Of a stretch of 64,000 nt of DNA, positions 38,022-53,000 are shown piece by piece. Position 1 is the stretch's first letter; each line of letters begins with the position of its first letter. This stretch comes from Paragordius varius (Eukaryota; Animalia; Nematomorpha). The translations under genes were made by a program, and so were the position numbers. The notes under the pieces are model-generated. The model ran no database searches and had not been told where the DNA came from. It worked only from the letters and a program-made list of their open reading frames with translations. Where the stretch lies: positions 7,254,001 through 7,318,000 of the forward strand of contig OZ176050.1 in assembly GCA_964247055.1 (NCBI GenBank), in the 5' to 3' direction.

Positions 38022-41000
38022 TGATGTTAACCTTAGTTTTAAGCAAAATACTTTTCTTACCTTGTCATTCAAAATGGTCAATAATTGCATTTTAGCAAAA
38101 GCTAACATGCCAATCGGTCTCCGCAAACAAATGAAATCATACAGCGTTTCCACAATGGCCAAATGGATTGAAGTTTGATTAATTGCTAAAAAAGAATACT
38201 TTTGTGAGCAAATTATAATATAATAAACTGGTTTTCAACCATTTTTATAATAAAACGATACATAAACAACAATTAAAAAGCAAAGCTTAAAAACTGAAGG
38301 AATTCTTTTCAAACAAAAAATAGCCAATAAGGTAGGATATATATAATTTGTTTCCAATTAATATTCTTCATATTTTCAAAACGATAGGTTATATTTAAAA
38401 AATCAAGGTGTAAAAAGGTAGGGTAAAAAAATATATTTCATATTATCTTTATACTTTCTAACATAAAGGGTATCTTATAAATTTAACCAATAACAAAATT
38501 TAATTAATCATTCGTATATTTTAAAAAACAACTCTTTTAATAAAATCGTTTCCCCAAAAATACTAAAAAATACCGAAATCATTAGGGCAACAAAATTGTG
38601 AGATGGCTTGTATTTCGCCTTGAAGCCAAATATAAAATCGCAACCAAACACGAAGTGTACTTTCTCGGGTCTTAACCATTTTGCGGTTAAGACGTTCATT
38701 AAAGGAAGATAAAATTTTGCCATTTCTTTTTTTCGTTCGAATTTGGGGAGATTCGTTGGCTATACAATGTATGAAAGATTATGTATGATAAAAACAGAAA
38801 TATAAATTAATTCATTCAAAATTACTTAAAAGCTAAACATATAAAGTAAAATAATAAAATATTTTTTTATAACAAAAACAATATTTTTGACTAATAAAAA
38901 AAACCCATTGTTTTTAGTAAAGGAAATGAAATATCTTAATGTTGCTATATTTTACAATCGTAATCTAATGTTTATATAAAAAAATAAGGATTAAAAAGCA
39001 TTTTGTTTTCTTTATAGAAAAAAATAATTAGTTTCTTTGTAATTTTTTTCTAAAATTTTTAACATTATTACTTTTTTCCGTTGATTCATTATCTGATGAA
39101 CTAGGAGTATCTGGATCATAAACACTCGATTCTTTGCGTTGTCCCTTATCTAAAAAATGTTAAAATATTTTTTTTTAATTTTTATGGAATGGATTATATA
39201 CACTGTGTGCAAAAGAAGGGTAAATTTTTTTAATAAAAAAATTTTTTTTAATGAATTTTAAAATTCTAAGAGCTGGCTAGGAAATAATTTTGAAACTATT
39301 ATAGTTTCATAAAAAATCTTTTGTCTTCTAAATGTCTTAAAAGAAAAACACCAGCTTTTGAACTGAGATAAACCCTAATAATATGATTTTGGGCTATTTA
39401 TACATTGGAAATATCTCCGGAAATGATAATAAACCATATATCTCAACTTTTATCATTTATTTTGAAATATCCTCTTTTTTCCTTAATTTTCACTTTTGCC
39501 CGATTTCGATTTTCTCTTATATTTCAAAAATTAGGTCGTAAACAAATAAAAATTTTTATGGCAAACGAATATGCTGGCCATAAGCTATCTCATGAAAAAA
39601 TTATTTTCTTCAAAAATTTTTGCACACAATATATATATATATATATAGTCTCATGTATAAAAAACAAGATACCTAAAGAAAGTTTACTAATCCATATGTT
39701 TTTATATAAGTACGTTTAAGGTACAATATTATGTTTAATACACACAATAATTTCTTTTTTTATAAAATATATATAAATACCGTAATTTAAAAATTTTGAT
39801 TTATAAGACATGTTTAATTAATAATTATGTGTGTTTAATGCACGTAAAAAATAAGGTATAATTAATAAAAAAAAAAGTTCAACCAGGTTAAACATTTTAA
39901 GATATGATTATATTTTATCCCAAATATAAATACACAATCATTATTGTTTGAAGAAAGTTTGTGACTATAATATGTAAAAATTTTAAGCTAAAAAATATAC
40001 CAAAGAAACAATATCAAAAAACCAAATTAAAGAATGGGATTATAGTTATTTTTGACAAAAATATGTTGTCTAATTAATCACACTTAAAACCGACCTCTTC
40101 CAAAGGAAGACAAGTTATACTATCCATATAAGGTTAATGTATGCAAAGGCGTAAAACCGGTTACAATATAAAATTTACATTATAAAAACAAAACGTAAAA
40201 ACTTTAGGCCAAATTTGCAATACGATGTGTTAAATTTTAAATAAATTTTGAAAACCCTGCTATCTTTATATAACTAGTTAATAAAAACCTGAACGGGGAG
40301 ATTTATTTCCGTTATGATCGTTGCCCTCTTCCTCGGAATCAATAAGATCGGCCTCACAAAAATCTGTATTACCAAAAGTATTAACAAGTCCCTGGCACAA
40401 TAAGCAAAGACAGGCCAGCCATTTCAAACTTTGAAGGGTGTGATCTCTTGCTGGTATTGTTGGCTAAATTGCAAAAAATAGAATTATCGCAAATATATAT
40501 ATATATATAAGTTTTTTCAAAAAATTGAACACATTGTAAAAAATACTTCACATTTGCTCAAACTTCAATAATACTTATTTACCCAAATATAATTTTAATC
40601 CAAATAAATCGAACAACTAAACCACTACCCTACAAAGGAAATATTATTAGCTTTCAGAAGTATCAACAGAGCTTAAAACACAAGCATCTTCGATAAATAT
40701 CTATTATGGCACAAAAGAACACAGAATGATTGCCAAACTAAAATATTTTTTTCTAATCGTCCGAATAATCAAACAATTTAGATTTCGATCCCACCTAAAA
40801 TCTTAAAATCCCTTTTTAAGAGCCATAATATTGAGAAGGCAGGACACATCCATTATAGAGCTCCTAAAATTATACTAAAATACATAAGTCTTTCATGACT
40901 ATAAATCCATGGAGACCTTTTGAAGCTGAGGTGGTTTAGCAAAATAAAAAATTGTATCGATTATAAAGTATGGAAAATTTAAAAAAAAATCTGAGACAAA

Positions 41001-44000
41001 ATAAATTCAACCAAAATAAAGTGATTAGTGACGATTATGAGCTAAAATTATGGGCCATAGTGTTTTTTGTTTTGATCAAATTATTAAAATTGTTAACATT
41101 TATCAATTAATTATGTTTTTCAATAAACATGGAAAATGATAAAAACATATTTTTCCCTTATATATATATATATATATAATAAATGTTTTTTTGCATGTAG
41201 CGTTAAGGGTATTAATAAAACATAGATTTTACAAAATAGATTATACCCAACATTGCAATAAAGAGCGGTTGACTTATATAGCCTGCACTAAATAAAACTT
41301 GAGTACATAATAGAATAACTAATCATACTAATGCTAATCAAATAAAAATGGTTAAATTGACCTTACTCATATATATAGGTTTAATGGCTGTTTTTATAAC
41401 ACACAAAAAATATGGTTATCTTTTAGTTTTTACCCTATATTTTTCATTATATATCCAATTTTTACTGTAAGTTCAGTAGATTGTGATTCATCAGTAAAGT
41501 TGTTGGCATCATTGTTTGAGGGGAGAATTGGGGATCCAGCAGATGTTGAGGAATACGAATTCCAAGATTGAATTGCCGCATTCAAACTGTTCATTTCTTG
41601 CGTTTGTTTTCGGCTCAATTTCTCCAAGATTTGAAGTGCTAACATGGGACATCCAATTTTGATGTAAGTGTAAGCACATGCAAAATATAAGTGTCTTTCC
41701 TGCGTACTAAGAACGTTAGGATACATCGCTAAATAAACATATAAAGTCTCAAAAATGATAATTATATATCCAATTTTCTTTTACTCAATTTTGAAGAAAA
41801 AAAAGGTTTACCGATCGGGGAGTTAGGATTAAGCATGGCAAGTTTTTTCCGTAAATAACTGTAGAAATTGAAGATGCTCGTGATATCATACAAACGATCA
41901 ATCGATAAGAAAAAACTGCTAGGTGCTTCTCTAGTTTCTGTAATGGAACTGGCTCGCCTTCGCCCATATTTGCTATATATATATATAAATATATATATAT
42001 AAACAGTAAGAAATAAAGTTATATGCATAAAGTGACATAAAAAGTAAAGAAAAATATTTATTATGAGGAAACCATAATTTATTTTAATATTGACTATCGC
42101 TTTAAGTTGGGAAATAGGGAATATATACATGTAAATTGGCAACACACTTAAAATTTATATTTTACAATTGTAATCATATAGAGATTATAAAAACATGATT
42201 TCCTCTATAATTTATTGGTCACGTATCTTGATTTTATAGATAATTCTAATTTTGATTGTGTTCACAACATAAACTTACATGCAAATATTTATAATATATA
42301 TATAAAATTTTTGATATTGTACCCAGATGTGCTGCTTTTAGCGGGTTTATCCGCTATTCCATTTTCGGTTGCAATCGCTGAGGCGTCTTGAAATCGCACA
42401 TTGGAATGTCTAAAAAAATTTTAACAAATCGACACTCACATTTTTTACACAAAACATTAAAAGATTGTTTGCCTTATATCAAATATTTAAAACAATATTA
42501 TGATTGCCAAAACGTTTTTTGATTATAAATATATGTCATTTAAGATCATGAATTAGGATATAAAAGATTTAATGTATATTAAACTTTGATTGATTAGCTT
42601 TTAAAAAAATTGATAAAATTAAATATATATATTTAAATGAAAACGACTCAAAGATCAAAAATCAGACAATTAATATCTTGGATTATTTAGACTTGATTTA
42701 AAAAAGATATTTGCACATAAATTTCTAAAAGAGTTATATTATGCTTTATGTGATTTTACCACATATGGAGTTATTAAAAAAATATTTAAAATGTGTTTGG
42801 AAACAAAATTTAATTTTTTTGCAGGTTTGCCGCTTATTTAGGTTAGCGTTTTACTGCAATTAAAAAAATGAATTATAGTCTACAATTTAATAATTTTTGT
42901 TTACATTTTGAAATATATATCAAATTTTTCATTATTATATAACTGAATGGATTACATAAAAAAATTTAATTAAGCAAAATAGGTGTAAAAGATAATCAGT
43001 ATGTGCCTTTTAAAAAAGATACTAATTTTAACCGTTAAAAAGCACGATACATATAAATGAATACCGTTTTTTCCTTGGTACTACTTCGGTATCTTGGCCA
43101 TTCATATGACCATTTGTTAGGTTATCTTTAAAATCTAAGCTATTAGAACTATCCGATGAGGGTAACACTTTCTAACATTTGATTTGTAAAAAAGATATAA
43201 ATCTAAAGAAGGACACAAAAAGCCTATCTTACTAGATTCGCTCATATACCTGACTTCCAATTTTCTTCGCAGAGCTATCAACCACTTTAGTTTGATCGAT
43301 ATCGAAATTTTCAGGACTACTTTTTTGAGATTCGTGAAATGTGGATGGATCTACATTGCCATCAATCGAAAGCTCTAAACAACAATAATAATAGCGTATT
43401 TCACAATAAAATATTTTTTTTGGGATAAATTAAAGCTGTACAATAAAAAATAAAATTATAAAGAAAAAACATAAAACATTTTTTTTGCAAGGCAGCCAAC
43501 TTTGGTTTTACATTACCTATGTGATTTATAATTCAGTTACCTATTTACAGCTATATTTATTACTCATCCAAAATGATACGTATATATTTAACGAAACCTA
43601 GGTTTAAAATATATGGTTAATACAATATATTATGTTTGTCTATTAATCGTTTACATTTTGTCTTTCGTTATAATTTATTTTAATTATTAATATATATGTT
43701 TGAAAAATATTTACATGATAATATATTATGGTAATTTACTTTTTTGTCCAGGCTGTTGGGCAGAGCGTTTATAAAACTTGGGTGGAGCGATAGCCCTCAA
43801 AAAAACATAAAGAGCCCGATCCCGTTTTCCAAGTCGCCAAAGTGCAATGCTTAAAATAAAAGGGTCCCCCCTTCTCAAACTCGTGGCTTCGTCAAACGCA
43901 TGGCTAGGTAATTCACTAAGTAGATCCGTGCTTTGTTCATCTATAATTTAGAATAGGGTAGTAAAGAATAAACTTGAAAAAAGGTAAAGAATAATATTTT

Positions 44001-47000
44001 TATATAAACTCTATGATATTGCAATTGTAATATTACACAGTAATAATTTAAATTGTATATATAACATAATGATCTATAAATGATATCTTTTGATTTTAAT
44101 TTTATCCATCTACCAAAATGTTTGCAATAGTAAAATATAATTTGGAACCAATTTTAATCTCTATATCGCGCGAACCAGTACGATATCTAATATCAAGGTC
44201 GAATAAATATCGATATCTTTAGGAGAAAAGTGTCTTTAATTATGTTTTATTATGATAAATTAATTACATTTTGGGTTAAATATGTAATTTCTTATTTTTC
44301 GTACTAATAAATACCAGCTATAAAAACCAAAATATGATTTACGTTGCAGTAGGAGTATATATCAAATATCAAAAAAGTAACTAAATAAATAGTAATTACT
44401 ATATTATAAAAAAGGCTAAGTACCATACGTAGACAAAATTTTCATAAGAGTAAACTCTAAACAAATATGTAAAAAAGATATATACCACTAGAATCTGTTA
44501 TGCTGACATTTTGTATTGAATTCGGATGATCAGTGTCTCCATATATTTGTTGGCTAAATTGAATAAAATAAAAATTTTAAATAAGTATTTGCCATATTTT
44601 AAAATCCTGATTTTTGTTAAAATCTAAATTAGCAAAAATAAGGATAGAATATAGATTTAAATGGGTGGTATCTTTAAATAAATATATTTCAATTTTTTAA
44701 TAATTATCTAAAATGTATGGCTTTATCTGCATCACCAAATGTTTTATTCTTTTTAACCCTTTGTATTTATAAAATTATAAGTTTTACTGTAAAATATCAT
44801 TTACGTAAAAAAATATTAAACTTCTTTTATTTAAAAAATGTAAAATAAAATAAATTGAATAAAGCATAGTACTAAAGTGGATCCGCACAAATAAGCATAT
44901 GGAGAAAACGTTTTTCAAGCCTGGTAGGCCTATAGGTTTGAATAGTAGAGCCATCATATATACTTCGCGTGTCGCGTTTTTCCATTAAATTGCCTTGACT
45001 TTTAGTATCGTTCGTAGTGTTTTCGTTTCGCCCTATCATCAAAGAAACATTAATAATTTTAATTTAGGGTTAACAGTAAAAATAAAAATTATACAGTAAC
45101 AAACAAAAGGTAAAAACGCTTAAAGGTCAACGATAAAATTATTATGTGTAAAGGAAACATGAAAATTTATTCATATTATATTCCTATATGTAAATTAAGT
45201 TCTAAGTGTTACCAATTTACATCTCTATTTCCCATTTTGCAAACTAAAAATAATAAATTATATTTAATAAAATACGATGTTTAAATAATATAGTATGGTT
45301 TATATTTGTCTTTCATTTTTACGGTTTGCCTCAAGAATTTCGATTTTTACCATCAAAATTACCTGAATTTCCATCATTTGATACTGGATGGCTTCCCCCA
45401 AAGGCATCAGGGTTAAAATCAAATGTTCTATATAAACATGCCATTAATTTAATTCTAATTTTACAAGAAAACTATAAAGTAGATTACCGTTAATTAAATC
45501 CATTTAAATTTCTAAGAAAAATATAGGATTAATTTCAAATATTTAATAAACTAATTTCAAATATTGGAATAAAATTAAAAAGCTACTCAGCGTTTTGAGG
45601 TTGTGATGGTCGGCGACCGAAACCTATCAATGAGCCGGGTGCTTTTTTGAGCGTTTCAATTTTAGTTGGCATCAAGTTGACATTTTGTTGTCCTTTATAA
45701 TGGATTAAAAAACAAAATAATACAAATCTAATTTTTACCAAACAAAAAATAAGGTTTTCGTTACAATAAAAAAATAGTTGTTTTACCATCCTCAGTAGTT
45801 TGTGTAATGACGGGAAATAAGCGACAAATAACAAGAGCCAATTGTAAATCCTTTAAATTCTTAAGGCACACCTAATAAGCATTGAAAATATATTTTAAAA
45901 GTATAATTGAAGAAATTATTATTATTTAACAAGGATCGAATCCAAATATGTTTCAAAAAAAGTATTTTTTAAGGATGTTACGGAACAAAAATTTTTTGAA
46001 GCGTAATCAAATTTTCTATCCATTTAAAATTTAAACGAGCAATAAAAATTATTCAACCAAAAAGACGGTAATAAAACCAAAATTATTTGCTTAGCTAAAA
46101 TCATTGCATAGGATTTGACATGTTATATTTATTTAATACTTGAATGGCATCATTGACATTTTGTGAAAGTAAGAAAAATGCGACTGCCAGTTCGTATCTA
46201 AATAAAAAAAACGGATAATCAGAAATTAAGGAGAAATTTATGGTGTCTCTTATTTTGCGAACATACGCACTATAAAGTTAAAGCATAAAAGTAAAAACTA
46301 CCATTTCATATAGAAAATAAAATTTTTTATCGTAGTTTCATTTATAAACCCATATTATTGCAATAAATATATGATTGTACTACCAATTTAGTACTCTATC
46401 AATACCTTATTTACTAAAAAATTAAAGGTTGTTTAATGATATCGTTTTATTTATTTATGAAAAATAATGCCTTTTATATTTTTTTTATAATTTAAACTTT
46501 CAATGTATTTCAAAGCTATATTATATATTTACTAAACATATTTAAGTTCAAAATTTGTTACTTATGTTTTCCGAGCAATGCAAATGCATTCTTGGAGGCA
46601 GCCTTGCGGGCATCCATATCATTAACAAAATCGCGTCGAAAAAAATCGTACATTTTCATTTCACCCACAGACCTTTAAATTTCCAAATTATATATATACA
46701 TGAAATAACATAATATAGTATATTATTGAATTTTGCAAGATAGCAATCAAATTAAAGCGTAATATTGTTAGCTTAAAGTTTGTGTATAAAAGATAATTTT
46801 CTTCCTATCCAATAATAAAAATCTTTAACGCCACTAGCTATATAAATTTTATCAAAAAAACCTAAACAGTCCCTGTAGCACGGCCTTCTTATTGAGTATA
46901 ATGTAAAAGAGTGCAGCATCCAAGGCATTTTTATTGGCTTGAAAAGCTTGTCGTCCAATGCTTTCGATGAGTGAAGTCAACACAACAGGATCCTTGACCC

Positions 47001-50000
47001 ACCATCCACACCCGTAACGTTTGAAATCGAGCCAGGTGTAATTCCCTTTCTAAAAACATATAATTATTTGACAAGAATATTGCAAGATTGGATAAAAAGG
47101 CAAAAATCATATAGATAAAATATATATGTCTTTGCGCACAATAATTGAAAAAAATTGTGGTAATGCAGTAAAAATTAGGATTAAAAAATAAAACAAATTT
47201 ATAAGAAAACAAATTTCAAATCATTTTAATCAAAATTTTACATAAACCATATATCTTGTCCATTGACTTTTATTTATAAAACCTATAACATTGGGTTGTG
47301 AAGTACAACATATAGAAAACAATTACTAAATGATTATTTGTAACATTAAAAAATAAATAGTAAAAGACAAATAGTTTTTTTTAAAAGAATCTTTCTTAAA
47401 CCATTCTTTAAACGAAACCTAACGTTTTGGGTAGAAAAATTTGGAACGAGATGTAATGGTAATACACTCCATTTTTATTTAAAAATTTCAATCATATAGA
47501 TGATAGATAAAATAAAAATAATGGTCACTATAATTAATAATATTAGCCATTTAAAGTTTTTATGTTTTGCCTATAATTAACCATTTTTTACATATTCATA
47601 CCTGAAATATTGGGATGTTGGATAAACAACCTTTTTGTGAATTAGAGTGAAAGGCCCATGCGAAAGCTGAACTTTTCATGTATGTCATTTTTACGCTCTG
47701 TTCATTTCTTTATAAAGCGAAAAATAACCAAATTATTATACATGATATATTTGCTTAATTATAGTATGAGTAAATATACATTTCCAGTGTTATTATTGCT
47801 AGATAGCAAATGCAGCAAAGATAATTATGGGACAATATTGATATGCTATCTGGCAATAATTAATGCAAAACTAGCAATATGTACTTATTCATATTGTAGT
47901 TTTCTGGATATTATTTGTGGTCTTTATTAGATCATTTGTGGTTTTTTGATAACATTTAAGGGAAGAACATATTTTAGTCATTTATTTTAAAATTCCAAAT
48001 TATTTATTATTACATCAAACTATTCATATGTGTGTAAAAAGTAAAAGACCATTTAAATTAATAGCGATAAAATTTGCTTGGATTTGTCAAACACATAAGG
48101 TATTTAGCCGCGTAAGAGCTATTGAGAAAATACAGAAAAAATTTAAATTAAAAATAACGGAAAAGATAAAATATAATCCTTTTTTTCTTATAACGACGGC
48201 CATACTATTTTATTCCTTGATTTATCATAGTTTATATAATTACAATTTAAATTATATAATTGGTAGAACCTATTATTTACCTTATTTGGAAATTCAAAAA
48301 TAGGTTATATGTATATAATCAAAATTAAAAAATGGTGTCTTTATTTAAAAATATCTATTAATTTTTAAAATTTTTGTCTTTCTAATTTTAATTTTTACTG
48401 TCAAAAAAAGAAATTGCTTAAAATTAAAAAGCGTAAAAATCAAAAATTACTAGAAAGACATATAAAATTTGATTAATATTTGTCAAACTACACACTAGCG
48501 GCGATAAAAACAGTATAAAAAATAAAACTTTTTAGCTAAAGAAAAAAGTAATGTATACCCTATAGTTGGAGCGTCTCCCCCCAACCCTGATGCGCTCAAA
48601 CTGTTAAATCTTGCAGAATTTTGTGGATTTCGAATGGGACCTCTCCCACTCGAACGGTTAACATAATTGAATTGCCTTAACGCAATGCAATAGCGAAGCC
48701 CTGGTCCATCTAAACTTTCGGGTTGTATTAAGGGATTTGCAACCATTTCCATCTCTGCAAATAAAAATATTGTTAAACAAATATAATATATGTTTGCGCA
48801 TATTTAAAAGATTTAGTATATCTTTAAAATGATTTTTAATATTAGATACGATGGTTTAACGACCAAACAATGTATTCTGATGAATCCTTTTTAAGAACAA
48901 GCATTTATTTGCTATTGTTATACAATATAGATCTTAAAGAATGAATGGTAAAAAAAGTTTTTTGCATAATAATTTTATTTTGTTAAAATAATTAGATACC
49001 TGAACCAACAATGTTAGGCACAACGTCAGTTTTAGCGTTAAAATTTTCTTCAGTCGATGTGGGGGGAGGAATTTTCGTGGCGCCTGAATTCAAGTTTCGA
49101 TCAAGACGAGCTTGGTCCATTACCCAAACTATTGTGTCAGCTAATGCTAATAATTGCATTTGTTCTTGAGCCGTAAGTAAAGGTAAACTAATTTTCGTCA
49201 AATATTGCGTCAAAATATCGATTTCGGTGCGACCGAATTCAAGTTCCTCCATCGACGTTTGTTCAATCAATTTATTATCTTTTGGTCCTGTATACACATT
49301 AAACAGTGAAAAAAATTAAAATTATTGAATAATACAAAGTAAAAAAACTAAAATTTGCTAATGATAATAATTAACTCTCCTTTTTCAAATATTAGGATGT
49401 AAAATCAATACATTCCTGTTTTTATGAAAAAAATTATTTTTGTAAAATACACTAAGTAAGTAAATATATTACTGGATGAAACAAAGTAAAAAAATAAAAT
49501 TCGTTAATATTAAAATGATAAAAATAACAGTCAATATGTCAAGACATTATCAAAGGCTAATTTTTTTTACAGCGATACTTTTTTAAACGTTGATTCTAAT
49601 TTTCAAATATATTGAGTACGTTACCAATTTATCTCTACCCTTTTTTTGCAACCCAAAACCAGGTTGTATAAAAAAATGTTAAAAACAAATTTGGGTGCGT
49701 TTTCTCAAAAATAATTTTTTAACTTTATTTTGCATTCTTTATTTTTACTATAAAAAAATTAAAAAACCTAATTCTGCGTCACTATGTAAATCCTCCTTAG
49801 ATGATGATGTTTGAAAAGTCATTTTTTTATCCATAAGACTAATGCTCTTTGTTCGAGACCTACTTCGTCTACGCAACGCATTAAAATTTGACTTTGAACT
49901 TTCAATCGTGGATTGGGCAGAGATTGCCTATGTGTAAATAAATATATTAAAAATGAAAATAAACAAGGAAAAAGCTAAAATAAATATAAAAAAACAAATC

Positions 50001-53000
50001 TTATGATTTTTTCAAAGTTTATATTAGGACAAAAAGATAAACCCATCTGATGCTTAGTAAAAATAAGCTAATAATTTGCAAAGAAAATCATATTATTCAA
50101 GCTTTTTATATAAAACATAACCTTGTGTGAAAAAAAGGAATTTATATAATAAAAATTGAAATTATAAAGATAAAACATATATAAGTCAAGTATTTTTTTG
50201 CAAAAAATACCATACTTTTAACCCTTGTTTTTATAAACATAATTTACTTTTTTAGGTTATGAAATAAATAGAGATGTGAATTGGTAACACAAAAGATACA
50301 GATTTCACAATTGTAAGGAGATAGGCTATAACAAAAAATCAGAGATCAAATATATATTCTTTAAACAAATATAGATTGAATTCCGCTAAAATTATTTAAT
50401 AAATATTATAATTTTTTTACTTTATTTCATATATTGAAAAAGATATTACCAATGTATCGAAAATTTTTGATAGAATTTAGCTTATAATTTTTTTATACAT
50501 ACATTATCATTTAAGTCTTAATTTAAATTAATAGTAAAAAAATTACAATCCTCGTTATAATAAACAAAAAGATTAATCAATGATTTTTAGTTCTTTATGC
50601 ACGAGATGATACAACATACTAATATAATTAAAACTTAAAAACTATAAATGTAATGGTTTCCCATTAAAATTAATAAAAGATTCTTTGAACAAAAAGCCAG
50701 TAATACTTGTGGTGATGTGCTTAATTTGCGTTTAATATCCTGAGTCAAAGATTTATCCTGTTTAAGAATGCCTTTATAAGGCGTTTGTGGAGGATTAGAA
50801 ACGTGAGATAAAACTTCTGTTTTTCCAGCTGTTTCTTGTGTTTTATACGACAAACTTTGCAAAACAAACAAAGGAAGGGGTGGTATGCATTCCAATTCGA
50901 AATAACCTAATTGCGTATAAAAACAAAACAATACAATATATATTTATAAGTAATTATTTAAAAAATATGTATTTCATTTAAATTCTTGCAAAATATACAA
51001 TTGTTATACTTTTTTAAGCGAAAAACACGCGCCAAATCACAATAAAATTATATATCAGAATTTAGATATTTTGTCAAATGATCCACAAAAAATGCAAAAA
51101 AAATTTTTATTTGTTATATAATTTATATTCAGGAAGTTTTTGCTAATATAATATCGGAAAAAATCAGCTAAAATTGGCTCTTATAAAAAGCATTTTTGTT
51201 ATTTTTTATTTTTAAATGTTTTTGAGAGGATTATTATGGTGGATTCGAAAATCTAATATACTAAGTTTTATAGTTTATAAAAAAGAATGATATCCTGATA
51301 TCCTAATATCCTATTTCAAAAGTTTATCTAACAAGCGTTTCAAAAAACCTCTATTTTTATTAAATTTAGAAATCCATAAAAAATCACAAAGGTACGACAA
51401 AAAATGTTTGAATGTATAAAATATAAAAAAAATTTAACCGTTATATTAGGAAAAGTTTAAACAATTTTTTTTGTTATTAATTAGGGTAATTTAAAATTTA
51501 TTTTTATCCCTTCATGTTACTCTAATTAACCATATAAGGTATATAAACTGGGCTAACTATAATATTACGTAAGGACAATCCAATTTACACTAATTATATA
51601 TGAAAACCCCTTAACTAATACAGCAAAACTTAAAATTGTAAAAAATCGCAATATACACTAAAAAAAATCTAAAAAATTTTATTATTTTTTAATAAAACCT
51701 ATCGTGGTTTTGAGTTGTAAAATAAGGAAGAGAGTTGTAGATAGAGAGAGAACACTCCAAAACATTAAACAAACCATAAACTTAGATGGAAAGAATTATG
51801 GTTAAAAAAAATAACTAGCTGTCTTACCCAAATAAATATTTGTTTTTTATAATTAAGTTATTTGTCTTTATAATTAAAATTTTTTAAATAAGCGCTTATG
51901 GTATATATATAACCAATGTCTCCTGTAAACTCAGGTAGCTTGACAAAAATATCGGGTTGCTTTTTGGGAAGAGCTGTTCGCTTCTTAGCATTATTTGTAT
52001 CTGACACACTTTTTTCGCTACTGTTTAAATTCATAGTATCTAATTGAAGCGTGCTAATTGCCAAGGATGCCGCTCTATTACGGGTTCCTAAATCATCAAA
52101 ATAGTGAGAAAAATTAATTTGGAATAACAATGTGATAGGTGGTGCTTTAAATTGATATATTACTGAAATTGATATTTTAGTATTAACATCGGGAAATTCC
52201 ATAAAATATAGGTGTTTTAAACTATAATCAAACTGAATATCAACTTAAAAATATTAAAAATTTAATTAAAAGTTGAGCTTATATATTAACCAAAAGTAAA
52301 AATTGTATGTAAAACCCTTCGTCAATAGTGATTGCAGACTAGTTTCGTTCTAGGTTTTTTTCAAAATTATTATTTTATATGTAAACAAAACGTGAAAACT
52401 AAGACAATATATATTATAAAAAACAAACAGTTGTACTAAACCTATGTTTTAAATATATAACCGATAAATTTGGGTTGCATAAAAAATAGAGATGTAAATT
52501 GGTTAAATTATAGAATTTACAATATAGAGAAAATCAAGGCTTTAAATTATATGGCTAATGTTGTCATTAATTTTGACTGTTTTGTCATGACTATAAGTAT
52601 AGGAAATGATAATGTATTTGGAAGAGTATTAACATACGAGAATTAAATAAAATACATAAAATATAAATTGAAGTGACATGTGACACACACTGTCAAGGGC
52701 ATTTTAAAACATAATGATTGCTACTTAATTATTAATTAAATTTACAGAATCCCTAAGTAACTATAATGATACTGGTAAAACCTAATGTTTATCAAATTTT
52801 TAGTTTAATTTCGAATCACTACCTGCATCAATACCAAATGCTAAGTTTCTTTATGAAACCTACGGGTTAATTTTTTCTGTCGTGCTGAGAAGCAAGTAGC
52901 TACTCTGAGATATTTATATTTACGTAACGTTTAACTTAATTTGGAGTTTAATATTGAGTTAAATTTGTTTGTTTATTTATTTATACCATATCAATGTCAT

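Noticed and set aside
40560-40940. Slightly coding-like intronic stretch (KPLPYKGNI...) as a Penelope-like retroelement remnant
   Set aside because: Multiple stops, no RT or GIY-YIG motif recognisable; the DMXL frame joins 41466 to 40463 without needing an exon here.
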